Part shown: one piece after another, positions 35,501 through 47,419 of the stretch
Layout: each line of letters starts with the position of its first letter
Numbering within the stretch: position 1 is the stretch's first letter
Source of the DNA: Sphaerodactylus townsendi
Lineage: Eukaryota
Reading direction: 5' to 3'
DNA length: 64,000 nucleotides
Assembly (NCBI RefSeq): GCF_021028975.2
Contig: NC_059428.1
Span: forward strand, 8,432,001-8,496,000
The notes under the pieces: generated by a model
Told to the model about the DNA's origin: nothing
The model's input: the letters and a program-made list of their open reading frames with translations, nothing else
Database searches by the model: none
Translations under genes and position numbers: made by a program

Positions 35501-38500
35501 CCACCAGATAAGACTCTGCAGCTCATCTTGGAGGGGAGTGAGAATCAAACCCGGTTCTCCAGATTAGAGTCCATCGCTCTTAACCACTACACCACGAAGC
35601 CCCTCCATTGCCTGATGAACCAAATTCCTCCCATCTTGAGGAAACCTCTCTGAGGTTGGGGGCAGAAAGTCTTTCAGTAGTGGGATACTTGATCATTAAG
35701 AATGCTTCTCCTATCCTAACACATTAGTGCTGAATGTCCTGTTTTGTTAATTGTTCAGAGTGACGGTCCGCCTGGAGTCCGTGTGAGAAAGGCTACCTAT
35801 AAATAACGTGAGCAAATGGAGTGGAAGGTTTACCCAACTGGACAGAAAAGAGCAGTCTGTTCTGGCAAAAGATACACAGGCAAACAAGAAGGCAAGGAAC
35901 CAGACAATCGGAGGAAGGAATGGCCACAGACATAAAGACAAATAGTGAGCATTTCTTTACATCTGCAGGAAACCAGCTAGGGATGTGTTGCGCCTTTGGG
36001 TGACCAAGGAACGAACGGCTTGCTTAATGGAGCAGAGAAGAAGAACTCAGTATCTGCACAAGATGTGGAACGCGTACCAGCCAGCATGGTGTAGCGGCTA
36101 AGAGCAGGTAGATTCTAATCTGGTGAACCGGGTTTGATTCCCCACTCCTCCACATGAGCAGCAGACTCTTATTTGGTGACCTAGATTTGTTTCCGTGCTC
36201 CTACACATGAAGCCTCCTGGGTGACCTTGGGCCAGACCTAGTTCTCTCAGGACTTTCTCAGCCTCACAAGGGGTCTGTTGTGGGGAGAGGAAGGGAAAAG
36301 CAGTTTGCAAACCTACCTTGAGACTTCCTACAGGAGAGAAAGGTGGGGTGTAAATCCAAACTCTCCTTCTGCTACCTATCCTGGAGTCACTGGGAAGAGA
36401 GTCTGAAGAATAGAGTCAATTTGATGGCTGATAGTCAAACCGAAAACTGTTCAGTTTGTGATGAGATCCACTTGGAGGTTCTCACTCAAATACGAACTTA
36501 TTCACCTACTAACAATATGTAACTTGCTGCTAAAATCAGCCTCGATTCTGGATGACTGGAAAATAGAAAACACCACCCCGGAGGTGCCAGAGGGGAGCCC
36601 AGAAACTTCTTGAGGGTCAGGCAGGTCTAGCATCTACCGCGCAGTTCCTCTGGAGGAGCCACTTCGCCGAGGGGAAACCAGTCCAAGGGCTTCTGCGGAG
36701 GGCAGCCCTTGGGGTCCTTGAGGCGGGTGAAGAAGAGCAGGGACGGAGGGCGATTGGGTAGGAGACGGCCTCTGCCTGGGGTGCCAGAGGGCTTTTGCCA
36801 AAGGGCCTCACCAAAGACTCCCGAATCAGCTGGGCAATCAGGGGATAAGAGGTGGACTAATCTTGTGGATTCAGACAGCAGGAAGTAGGAATAAACAGGA
36901 AGTTCTACCACTTGGTGTGAGGGAACCGTAAGCTTGTGACATCCCACAAGGATCAGTATCAGGGCTGAATTGCTACTTAATTAGTTCATGATTATTTGGA
37001 ACTGGAGGAGGCCGGGGTGAGACATCACGGCAGCAGCCAAGATTCAGGGATGGTGGTGAGAGCCGGGCCCGAAGAGCTCCAGGAGGCCTCCCTGAAGCCA
37101 GGCAAGAGAGCAATGACGCTGACAAAGCGAAGCGTCATATTGGAACATTCCTAGTGGAGCATACACAGGTTAAAAGGAGGGACTCAGTGTCTGGCGTTTG
37201 AGCCAGTCCCACCTGCTTGAGAATGGAGCACGAGGCCCTCGCAGCCCAAATCTTCATCTCAGGCTCAACTGGCTGAGACCGAGATTGGAAGAAATCTTGT
37301 GGATGGCTCAATGAAAAGGCCAACCCACTGGCTGGAAAGGGCGGACCCCATGCGAGGAATTATTACAAAGGGAGGGAAAATGAAATGGAACGGTTGGGAA
37401 ATAGGTGTAGAGCAGACAAAAGGAAACGATGCCAGCGATGGTGGAAAAGCCCAGGGGGCTTCAAGAGGGGATGAGACCAAAGGGGGGAGGAGGAGGAGGA
37501 GGGGTCCGAGCCCTTGTGGCCAGGCAACCACTGAGTTCCAGTGCCAGGCCTCCCAGAACAGGCCAGATGAGTGGCTTGTGAGGGCTCCTGGCCCCGCTTC
37601 CCTCCCTGCCCACCACTCAGAGGCCTCCAGGCAGAAGCTTGTCTGGTAGAGTCCCCACTGGACACTGTTTCAAGATGCGGAGAGGACTCTTGAGCTGAAG
37701 GAGGAGTTCCAGAGGAAGCCAACCTTCCTGTCTGACGGAAACCCCCGGCCAGTGCAGTCAAGATGTGGGCGTGTGGCAGGGTCACCGCTCAAAAGCAGAG
37801 CGCTGCGGTCTCGGGCCCGTCTCCCAACGCCTCCTCACAGCCCTCGGTCTCCTCTGCCAAACCACTAAGCGCTCAGCTCTTGTCAAAAAGAGACGGGGAA
37901 CTTGGAAGGGGTGGGGGGGTGAACTGCTGAAGGAAAAGGGGGGGGGGAGGAGCAGGAAATGCCTCAACCGCCTAGTCTGCTCCACCCCCACCCTCCTTGT
38001 AATAGTTGCATGTCAACCTCCAGCACAGGGGTTGGTCGGCCCTGCCTTACTGACCCCCAGCGACCCCCCTCCAATCACTACAATCAACCTGGGCACTGCT
38101 CCTGGAAGGTGTTACGGAGTGGGGGGGGGCAGAGGGCCAAGGGTGCCAGACAAGCCACACACACACACACACCCTCCCTGTCAGACAGGTAAGCAGAGGG
38201 GCAGGAGGGAGGACTCGGCCACTCTGCCTCCGGGCCCCCCGGGAGACCCACCAAGTCCCCCAGTGTCAGGGGACGGCGCGCACCTGGAGCTCCGGGGACT
38301 TCTGGCTGAGGTCGGAGAAGGCGTCTGCCAGGGCGTGCTGGGTCTGGACCAGGCTGTAGCCAAAGAGGTGGCTGAGTGAGGGGCCAGCCAGGCGAGGCCT
38401 TCGTACTAAGCTTAGTGTCCCGCAACAGCTCGATCTCGTCTCCAGCTCAGGTCAGGAAGTGCAGCGAGCCACATTAGCAGCTCGAGAGCAACTGCTTCGT

Positions 38501-39947
38501 GCACTGGGGGGTGGGGGAGGTGGGCTGAGCAGGCAGAGCAGGCTACCTTGAGCCATGAGGCTTCCTCGTAGCCCACCCACGTACAGGAAAAGCGCACCTT
38601 ATGCGTGTTGATGCCCCCCACTTCTTGACCACATCGAACTTCTCTACAGCGATCCCAGCCTCCTGCATCGATCAGGAGCCTGGCTGGGAGTAGAACAAGT
38701 GGAGCCTGGAATTCACATGGGGAGGGGGGTCCAAACACGAGCGCTCACAGCCCCAACCCCCCTGCTCTGGCTGGGAAGGACAGAAGAATGGAAAGCAAGG
38801 CCCACAGAGAATTCCCTGCCCCACCCCACCCCGATGTGGTGACCAGGCCTAAACAAGCCGTCTCTCCTTCCACGCCCCGCTTAGAATGGTACCTGAAGCT
38901 TGGCCAGTGACAGCAACCCTGGCACAGCTATCTGGCTGGCAGGCAGGACTGGGGAGATGAGTGGTCCTTGGGGTGGGTGAGATGGAAGAAGAGACCCTGA
39001 AATGAAGGGGGCCGCCGGGGGGCAGGACACCAGGGGGGGGTGTGGAGAGCGGGAGGGGAGCCATGGAGAGGGTGCCAGGTGACACAGGGGAGGGAGGTGA
39101 GTGAGCCAGAATGGACGAGCAAGGGGCATGAGGTGACAGCCGCACGGACCAGCTGGGCAACAGGGCCCCGGGCCGAGCACTCGGCTAGCTGGGCAGCTTC
39201 CTTCCACTGGGGCTGTGCAGCCGCTCAGGTCACTCCTGGCAGAGCCCGGCGACCTGTAGCCCCCTTGGCTGGTCCGAGGATTTATCAGAAGGGAGGGCTG
39301 GGAGACAGACATGCGAGAGGCTGATCAGGAGGCAAAGAATCTTCCTGCAGCTTGCAGTGGCATACGTGGTCCTCCTGGACTCTGACCTTTGATGGAGCTG
39401 GTGGGAATGATGCCCTCCGCCGTGCCTCCGTAGCCCCCAGACACGATGCTGGTCTCGTTCAGGTTGGGCCCCGACACCATCACCTGCTGCAGGTCCTGGG
39501 GAGAAGTGGCGAAGAACCAGGTGAAAGGCCGGGCTGCCTCCTCTGGAATCGGACCAGCTTCAGAGGCTCTCAGGGGCTCAGGCAGGGAGGGAGTCTTCCT
39601 CCGCCTCCCCGCCCCCCAGCCAGTCCTCTTAACACAGATGCTGCTAGGGGGGTTGGGGGCAGCCCAGCCAGCTGCCTGCTCGGACTTAGCTGTGGCCAGA
39701 GCCCTCGGATGGGGCGCTGCAGCTTTGCTTCCAGCAACAGGTGAGCCAGCGAGGCCAGAGTTCTCCCGCTCTCCCAGCTGCCCAGACCCATCTGGCTCCC
39801 GGCCCAGCCTGCCCCCGCCTGCTGCCCTTTTACTGCCTGCCCTTTTACCTGCTCCAGCCCGTCATCCTCCTGGAGCCGCCTGGAGTCTCCGTTGCCGTGG
39901 ATGGGGATCTCCATGGTGGCCGCTTTGCTCATCAGCCGGTCAGTCAT
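32413..39947 (-). CDS. ARFIP2: Arfaptin-2 (AH/BAR domain), gene-level span; four exons carry indels in this assembly
   Basis: Exons 39849-39947, 39387-39495, ~38598-38705, ~38284-38503, 33061-33218, ~32760-32941 and 32413-32570. Translation includes [78 protein letters not shown] and [23 protein letters not shown]. Confidence 0.92.
32760..32941 (-). CDS. ARFIP2: ARFIP2 coding exon 6 (indels as assembled)
   Basis: [13 protein letters not shown]...IKLKFLE/ENK. Confidence 0.8.
33061..33218 (-). CDS. ARFIP2: ARFIP2 coding exon 5 (intact)
   Basis: [52 protein letters not shown](R). Confidence 0.93.
34520..34735. other. Assembly gap (216 N)
   Basis: Run of N inside an ARFIP2 intron. Confidence 1.
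35305..35596 (-). mobile_element. Older tRNA-SINE copy
   Basis: GCTCTTAACCACTACACC head (reverse strand) and family body. Confidence 0.7.
36078..36370 (+). mobile_element. tRNA-SINE copy
   Basis: TGGTGTAGCGGCTAAGAGC...GGTTTGATTCCCC head; AAATCCAAACTCT tail. Confidence 0.8.
38284..38503 (-). CDS. ARFIP2: ARFIP2 coding exon 4 (multiple indels as assembled)
   Basis: CTKQLLS...EIELLRDTK...[24 protein letters not shown] spread over several frames. Confidence 0.8.
38598..38705 (-). CDS. ARFIP2: ARFIP2 coding exon 3 (frameshifted as assembled)
   Basis: ..[19 protein letters not shown] with a G-homopolymer 2 nt too long; acceptor position approximate. Confidence 0.75.
39387..39495 (-). CDS. ARFIP2: ARFIP2 coding exon 2
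   Basis: [36 protein letters not shown]. Confidence 0.92.
39849..39947 (-). CDS. ARFIP2: ARFIP2 first coding exon
   Basis: [33 protein letters not shown]|gtaaaa. Confidence 0.92.
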
Positions 39948-40339
39948 GCTCACCAGTCACAGAGGCAGAAAGGAGGAGACCCTTCACTACCCTGGGCCAA
40001 CCCCCCCCTCGCGCTTGAAGTGCCCAGCCCCTCCTCCCACCCCCACCCGACAAAGCTCCTCAAAGGCCCTCCTGCCCCAGAGGCACAGGACAAATAGAAG
40101 CAGGGGAAGGGGAGGCTCACCCACCCTACTCCAAGACAGCAGGGGCACCCCTCCTAGTCACTCTGCCTGGCCATAGATGGGTGGGAGGCAGGGCAGGCAG
40201 CCCAAGTGCCAGGAAGCCCCTCCCTCCCCCCATCTCCCCCCCCCCATCCAGCTACTCCAAAAATGCAAGGAAAGAATTAGAAAAAGCAGAGAGGAAGCAT
40301 TTATCTTGCAAAATGAAGAATGAAATTATTTGGGTGCTG

Positions 40340-40510
40340 TGTGGTTTCCGGGCTGTATGGCAGTGTTCTAGCAGCATTCTCTCCTGACGTTTCGCCTGCA
40401 TCTGTGTTTTAGCATCTTCCAGGGTTATGTGGCTGGCATCTCAGAGGATCTTGAATCCTCTGAAGATGCCAACCACAAATGAAACGATCAGGAGAGAATG
40501 CTGCTAGAAC
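40340..40510. mobile_element. Penelope-like terminal repeat remnant arranged as an inverted pair
   Basis: GTTCTAGCAGCATTCTCTCCTGA ... TCAGGAGAGAATGCTGCTAGAAC; contains CTGAAGATGCC...GAAAC. Confidence 0.7.
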
Positions 40511-40536
40511 TGTTTCCTTATTAGCTAACTAACTAA

Positions 40537-43500
40537 TATATTGTATGGTTTAAGAGTCTGCAGCTGTTGCATAATGGTGAGTAATTAGTAAGTGTGTTAT
40601 GTTAGGCACAATGCAGAGTGTTAACTAATATTATTGAATTAGCAGCTATGGAATAAAGTACTATGTTTTGTTCCTCCGACTCCTGTTTCTTGAGACATGA
40701 CAATTGGCGACGAGGATAAACATGACCGAGTCTAGCAAGTTTTGTGAAGACAAGGACTGTGAGTAAATTATGGCCTTTCAAGGGCAGCTGGAACAACTGG
40801 TGGAGTTTCCTTTGAGTGGCAGAGTTATGAGGGCGATTGGAATTTATCTTTGGCAAATGGCATAACAGACCCAGAAAAGGAAAAGAGCGTGTTTTGACCC
40901 TCTGTGGTGAAGAGGTGTTTGACCTGCATCTCATGATAGCATGAGGGCATAAGCAGCACAGAAATACTGACTGCATTAAGGAACCATTTCATTCCCAACC
41001 GTCAGAAATAGCCAAGGCAGTGTTTTTATAAACGTGATCAGGAGGGACTGAAAGCATTTGCAGATTATGTTGCAGTCTTGCGGCCCGGTTAGCACAACAA
41101 TGTAATTTCAATTTGGAAGAAATGTTAAGGGATCGTCTCTGGTCTGTGGCCTGAGAGAGGCACCATTGCAAAAGTTGCTGCTGGCAAAGGAGCAGACTTG
41201 ACTTTTCAAGCGACATACCAAAGCCTTGAATTTTGAATTTGCTGCAGCCTCTCTACTTGGGAGGTGCGCGACAAGCCAGAACCCACAGAGATTGCAAACA
41301 GCTGGCAGTGGGACTGTAGACCCGGGTAATGGTGAAATTCCAGAGACTGCAGCATGGTGCAATGAGATGGGAAGACCACCACAACAGAATGTTCCTGAAA
41401 TGTGAGTTGTGGTGCGTTTATGAAGAGGAGAGAAGGTGTAAATTTAAAGAGGCACAATGTTTCTGTTGCGTTGGGGCCTTATTGGGAGAGTGTGCGAAAA
41501 AAAGGCATCAGGGCCAAGAAGACATGTTCACGGCTCATCTGCCACACTCTGTGGATACCTTGCTGTCTAATAGCAGCTGGCTTACAGCCAACCCCACATG
41601 AACTGATGTGATAGTGTTTACGCAGCTGATGTAATTAACCACATTACAACCACGAATTCGAGGCGTAAGTTGTCGGTGACTGTGAAGATCAGGATGTCCC
41701 TTATTGTGATGGAAGTGATTCTGGTCAGCATTCTCCATGATTTCATAGGACACTTATAAAACCTTATTTACCCACAGAATTTAGTTGGACATTCAATCTT
41801 GTGACTTACCACTTACGGATTATCAAGGACATAGGAATTTATGTGGTTGGCATGTGTAATGTCCATGTAAATATCATATATGTTTGATGGATGTTTTGAA
41901 ATTGTATGTGATGGAAGGCCGGGCGAGCCTCTTGGGGTTGGACTGGTTTGGGAGGTTGGGAATTGCAATTACTGGAATTCGCTGAGGTTAGCAAGTTAAC
42001 ATGGGAGGTGCTGGAAAAGAGGTAAGAGTGTGTTTGCTGGGGACTGGGGCAGTATAAGGGTCCATCTATATCATTAATATCTTGATCCTTCAGTACCCCC
42101 AATGCGTCTAAAATCCATGATATTCCATTTTGCTAGCTCTAAAGTGGATGCAGAACTAGATGGGTTATTGGAACAGGGAATATTGGAGCCAGTGGTAAAT
42201 GCAAAGTGGGAAACTCCAATTGTGACCCCCTGAAGGCCAATGGGGATGTCGCATTTATTAGCACATTATAGAAGTGCACAATTAACAAGGCATTGCAGAA
42301 ACATCCGTGCCAGTGCCAGTTGTCAGTCAGTTGTTAGCAGCGGGGAAAGGTTTTGCAAATTAGATCTGGCGCAGGCATGCCAACAGCTGGAAGTGGATGA
42401 TGCCACTGCAGAAGCCCAGACTATAGTGACTCACAGGGGCATTCAGGTAAAGCGTACGGTACAGATAGCTCTGGGATATTCCAGAGTTTGATGGAAGAAA
42501 TATTAGAAACTTGCGAGTCATGCGTACGATGATGTCTTAACGATGGTAGATTGCAACTGTGAGAACTGATGACGCTGAGATGCGGGGAAAGTACTGCAGT
42601 GCTTCTCAGATGTAGGGTTCGCGTGTCGAAATGTCGTGTTTGGAGTAAGCATAGGAAGTAGAGTTTTGGATACATGGTAGATGCAAGGGAATCACCCGAC
42701 ATCAGCAAAGGTGAGGGCCATCAGGATGCCCCAGCACCACAGTCAAAGCAAGAGCTACAGGCATTTTGGGATTGCTAAATTTTTTACCATTCATTCTTAA
42801 AGCATAAGGCCACAGTGGCAGAGCCACTGCACCGTTTGTTGAATGGCGGGCAGTGTGGCAGTGGACAAGTCAACATGAGCATTCCGAGATCAAAAGATTG
42901 TTGTCAGTGTATTGGTTCATTGATGAGGAGGAAGCCATTGATTTTGGCGATGCGATGCCTCCCGTGTGGAGTTGGGCAGTGTTGAGCCATCAATTGGAGG
43001 GATATCACGGGGCTCCAGTGCGCGTGGGGCGTTGTCTGGCCCGGAGGCGTAATTATCGCGCAAATAGATAAGAGCAGTAATAGTGGCTGGGAGTTAAGAA
43101 GTTTCATGATTCGTGTATGAAACCGACGTTACAGACCATAAGCGCTGTTGGGATTATTTTCCTCAGGAAGCAGACACCTGTGTCCCCTAGAGATATGCGG
43201 TGGGCAATGTTTCTGAATGCATATGATTATGTCTTACAGCACCAGTAGGAAGTGGGCATATGAGTAGCGTTGAGTGCCGAATTACCGAGGGAGGAGGAAG
43301 ATCACTCCCACTTTTGGAAGGTTTGATGTTGGAATCATTATCAGAGCCTCAGTGCAAAGCGACAGAAAATGTGAAGAGGTCAGCTAAGGACCCAGTGCTT
43401 GCCGAGTCTTGAATTGGGCATGGAAGGGTTAGCCATTGGGTAAGTTAAGAGGAAAATTTAGACCATTTGGAATGAGGCGGCCACGGATATCCGTCCACAA

Positions 43501-44852
43501 AGGGGTGCTTACTGTGGGAAATAGAGTAGTGATCCCAGCAGCTTTAAGGATTGGGGTGCTGGGGGCCTTGCATGTAGGGCACCCACCGGTGTAAGTGAGA
43601 ATGAAGGCATTGGCCGTGGTGCTGTTGGCCAAAGATGGATAGCCAGAAACTCGAAATGGGTGGCCAGGTGCAGGGGAGTGTCGAATAGCATGACCTGCCC
43701 ACCTCGAACCTACCTATCAATGGAGTCCACAAAAGACGAGTAGTCAAGGGTACATATTATTGATTTTGCAGGGCCTTTCCAGGGCCAGGTGTTTCTCATT
43801 GTAGTGGATTCATATTCCAAATGGCTGAAGTAGTGCCGTATGTCAATGACATCACAAGCAGTAGTGGGGCACTGCGTAAGTTATTTGCAGCATAGCCTCG
43901 GTCACGGTGGTATGGGATAATGGGACAGCGTTTGTATCTAAGAATTTGAAGTATTCCTGGCTAATGGTGTTGTCGCCAGATTTACCTCGGCCCCTTGCCC
44001 TTTCATCCGACTCTGAATGGGCAGGCAGAAAGGATAGTGCGTGCAACAAAGGATGCATTGCGGCGAATAGTAGAGTTGGCACCGTTAGGTTGGCGAATTT
44101 TTTGTTAACACAGCACATAACACGTGCACAGCCACGGGAGGAGTCCTGCTGAGTTGCTAATGAATCGGAAACTTCCGGCGTTGCTGGACGAATGCATCCC
44201 GATTCAGTTATTGATAGTCCTTGAAAAGAAGACCAAGTGTTGAAAGCACCTCGGACATTTGATAGGGATGACCACGGTGTATGTCGAAATTATGGAGCAA
44301 GGTCATGTTGGTCCCAGCATTGAGGCCAGCCAGGGGCCACTTAATCTTATAGGGTGGAAACTGAAGAAGGGCAGGTGATCCGCGAACATGTTGACCAAGT
44401 AAGGAAGAAGTGCCAGGTCAACAGTGAATCAGGAACCCCAGGTCCTTGAGGGAATCTAGAGATTAAGGGGCAGATATGGAGCTGCAGGATGAGGAAAGCA
44501 ATAAATAGTCAATTGTCGAGAACCTGAAGTAGGTATGAATGAGGAGATGCAGGATAAAGGAAACAAAGGTCAATTGTTTTGCAGAACCAGGAACAAACAC
44601 AGACTCAGGAGCCAGAAGCGGGAGCTGGGGCGATAGCGAAAGAGAATCCCACAGATTATTACAGGAGTTGGGGGAAGGGGTGCCAATGTATTGTATGGTT
44701 TTAAGAGTCTGCAGCTGTTGCACTGTAATTGGTAATTAGTAAGTGTGTTATATTGAGCACAGCTGCAGAGTGATTTTTAAGCTATGTGTGAGTAGCAGCT
44801 ATGGAATAAGTACTATGTTTGTTCCTCGACTCCTGTTTCTTGAGACATGACA
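40537..44852 (+). mobile_element. Full-length Ty3/Gypsy (Mag-like) LTR retrotransposon, reading frames broken
   Basis: LTRs about 40537-40702 and 44687-44852, both ending GAGACATGACA. PBS TGGCGACGAGGAT at 40705-40717 and PPT GGGGGAAGGGG at 44670-44680. RT (KLDLAQA.QQLEVD...TIVTHRG), RNaseH and integrase (IDFAGPFQGQVFLIVVDSYSKW) remnants. Confidence 0.92.
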
Positions 44853-44974
44853 AGTGGTCCGGCGTGAAAGCCGACAATGAAATTATTATCCATCCTTTGA
44901 AATTCTTGCCCAGATTCCCAAGACAGAATGAGTGAGGAGCTCTTCGAGGCCTCGGCTGACCAAGTCACTGGGGC

Positions 44975-45125
44975 ACTGTGGGCTTTCCAGGCTGTATGGT
45001 ATCCTGGTAACATTTTCTGGACATTTCACCTGCATCTGGCTGGCATCTTCAGGGGATCTGATGGGCTGTCATTTTCTCCACTTGCTTCATCAGATCCTCT
45101 GAAGATGCCAGCCCTCCAGAAACAA
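44975..45125. mobile_element. Penelope-like terminal repeat remnant (inverted pair)
   Basis: GGCTGGCATCTTCAG.GGATCTGATG ... CATCAGATCCTCTGAAGATGCCAGCC. Confidence 0.65.
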
Positions 45126-47419
45126 TCATTGCTTCTAACTAAATAAGGGAAGTGTTTTCAACACCTGAAATATCACTAAGGGATCAGGTGTTCAAAACAA
45201 ACAGATTTCATATTTTGTGAACCCTGTTGAGGCTTAGATCCAATTTTATGCCAAAGCAATTGGATCGGCCAGGATCCCCACAGGTGGGATATAAATCTTT
45301 TAAACAAACAAGAACTGCCCTTTCGCCTTCTTTTGTTTTACTGGTCACTATTTTGGTCCTTCCCTTTGAACATGTAAACTTTCAATGCTGAAATTGCGTG
45401 GAAAAACCTCTGCTTTCTTTTTTTTTTTAATAAAAGAACAAAAATTGTGGGGAAAATTGAAGCAATTCAAAGCTCACCTTGCTATAAACCTTAAACTGGT
45501 TTAAGCTAATTTAACAACATAAAATGTATAACCTGGCACACAAAATTATATGAAATCTATGTCTATGTAATTCAAGAGTAGAAATGGGTTCTCTGCTTGA
45601 GGAACCCGGCGTCCTGTATCTGGCCCTGCCGGCCGATCTGGGATGTCTCCCGGCGGGTGGTGGGATCGTCTGCGGAGCTAGCTCTCCCTTGCCTGCTCTT
45701 TGAGCGCGAGGCGGTCGATTCGTTAAAGGCGGCGCCGACTTCTGCCCTTCAGGCATTGGGGAGTCAGTGCTCTTGCTTGGGTGAGGCATGCCTGCCTCCC
45801 ATGGGAATGGAGGTGCGCTGTTCCCCCTGGGAGCTGGCCAAAGGGTTTCGCGTGGAACCCTGAGCACTGGTGGAGAGGGACAGAAGCGAGGAATAATGGG
45901 GAAGCTATTTTATTTGGAATTTTTTTGCGATACTCTGAAGGAACCCTCAATAATTGTTGCCTTTGGTTTTAGCGTTTTGGTTTGTGGTATTAGGCTCCCA
46001 GCTGGTTTTGCCTTGTTTTTTTTAGCTGTTTTCGTGAAATTTGCTGCACTGTTTGCATAAAGCATGCGCCAGCGGCATAGCCGGTTTAAGCGAGCATGGC
46101 GGACGGATTACCAGCCAGCCGGTTCCCCTGACCTCTTACATATAATACCACATTAAAAAAAATAGTAACAATATAATGCAATACTACTTATTCAACAGAC
46201 TTATTGAGCAAATATAAAGCAGTCCAGTTGACATCCATATTCTCCTCTATACCTCTCTCCATCTCATACTCTGTTATGATTTAAAGAGTTGTCTTAATAA
46301 ACCACAGCCTCTCCTCTATAAGTTAATATACCTTGTCCAACCTCCAATTCTGTTTATGCGTTTTACCATAAAGGCAGATTATGGTTGATGTGCTGATCTA
46401 TCCATCACACAATAGTGATGCCCTTTAAATTTCCACTCTTCAACTTTCGGTGTTATGTCTGACTTTACATCTGTGCATACATCATCACATGGAATAATGC
46501 AGGCATATGTGGTGTTAATGCTTGATCTGCAAAGCAGCTGGACCCAACAAATGGCGATGGGCTGGGAAATTTGCAGGACATTCATTCACAGAGGTCACCA
46601 TGGGCGAAAGCGCTACCTAGAAGTAGGCCCATATCCCTCCCGACCACCCAAGCATTTCATCTATTGTTTCCTGCCAGGCCTGTGCGTTTCTGACACAAAG
46701 GGTACGCAATTCTTGTCTGGAGGGAAATACTCTGGAGTACCCTGATGGCTATGCACTGCAGCAGCCACTGGGAGAAAGCGGCAGGGCTCAAGCCTGAAAG
46801 CCCCTCCCCTGCCTCCCCACACACACAAGATGGGTCCAGGACAGGTGATAGCGGTCCTCCACAACTGAGGAATGAACAGCCCTCTGAGGCCAGCGGGGGG
46901 GGGACTGGGAATGGCGGCCGAACCCCAGCCCCAGCTCTGCCTTTCCAAGTGACACCATCAGCTGACCCAGCCCCAGCTGCAACCCCCTCGCCATGCCTGC
47001 CTGCCTGGCAGCCCTCGCCAGAAGGACAACCTGCAATGCTTACAGGAACAGCCTGCGCTGGCGCCATGCATTGTTGGCTCGCACTCGGTGAGCTCTTCAT
47101 GCTCTTTATTTCAATTACCCCATTGTCCAGTTCAGGTGTGTGTCTGCAACCTCGCGGCTCTCCAGGTGCTCATAATTCCCATCAGCCCCCTGCCAGTTGC
47201 AGACCCCTGGCTCTGGATTCTTGCCACCACAAAACTCGGCTGAGCTTTTCCTAGTTCCTCAGGGAAGCTTCAGGAGGAGCCAGATATGCCTGCCCCACAG
47301 ATATGCTGGGGCAATCTGAGGTGATCATCCCCATAACGTTAGCTAACGCAACCCTGCCCCGCTGCTCACGATGCCTCACGAACATTCTTGCTACTTAAAA
47401 GCTGCCTCTGACTGGTTTG

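Noticed and set aside
39130-39253. Possible extra ARFIP2 alternative exon
   Set aside because: In-frame TGA soon after the candidate acceptor and no convincing donor.
45550-46500. Possible L1-like UTR fragments; similar unidentified stretches at 14300-14640 and 15880-16260
   Set aside because: Repeat-like, but no diagnostic motif could be read, so left unannotated.
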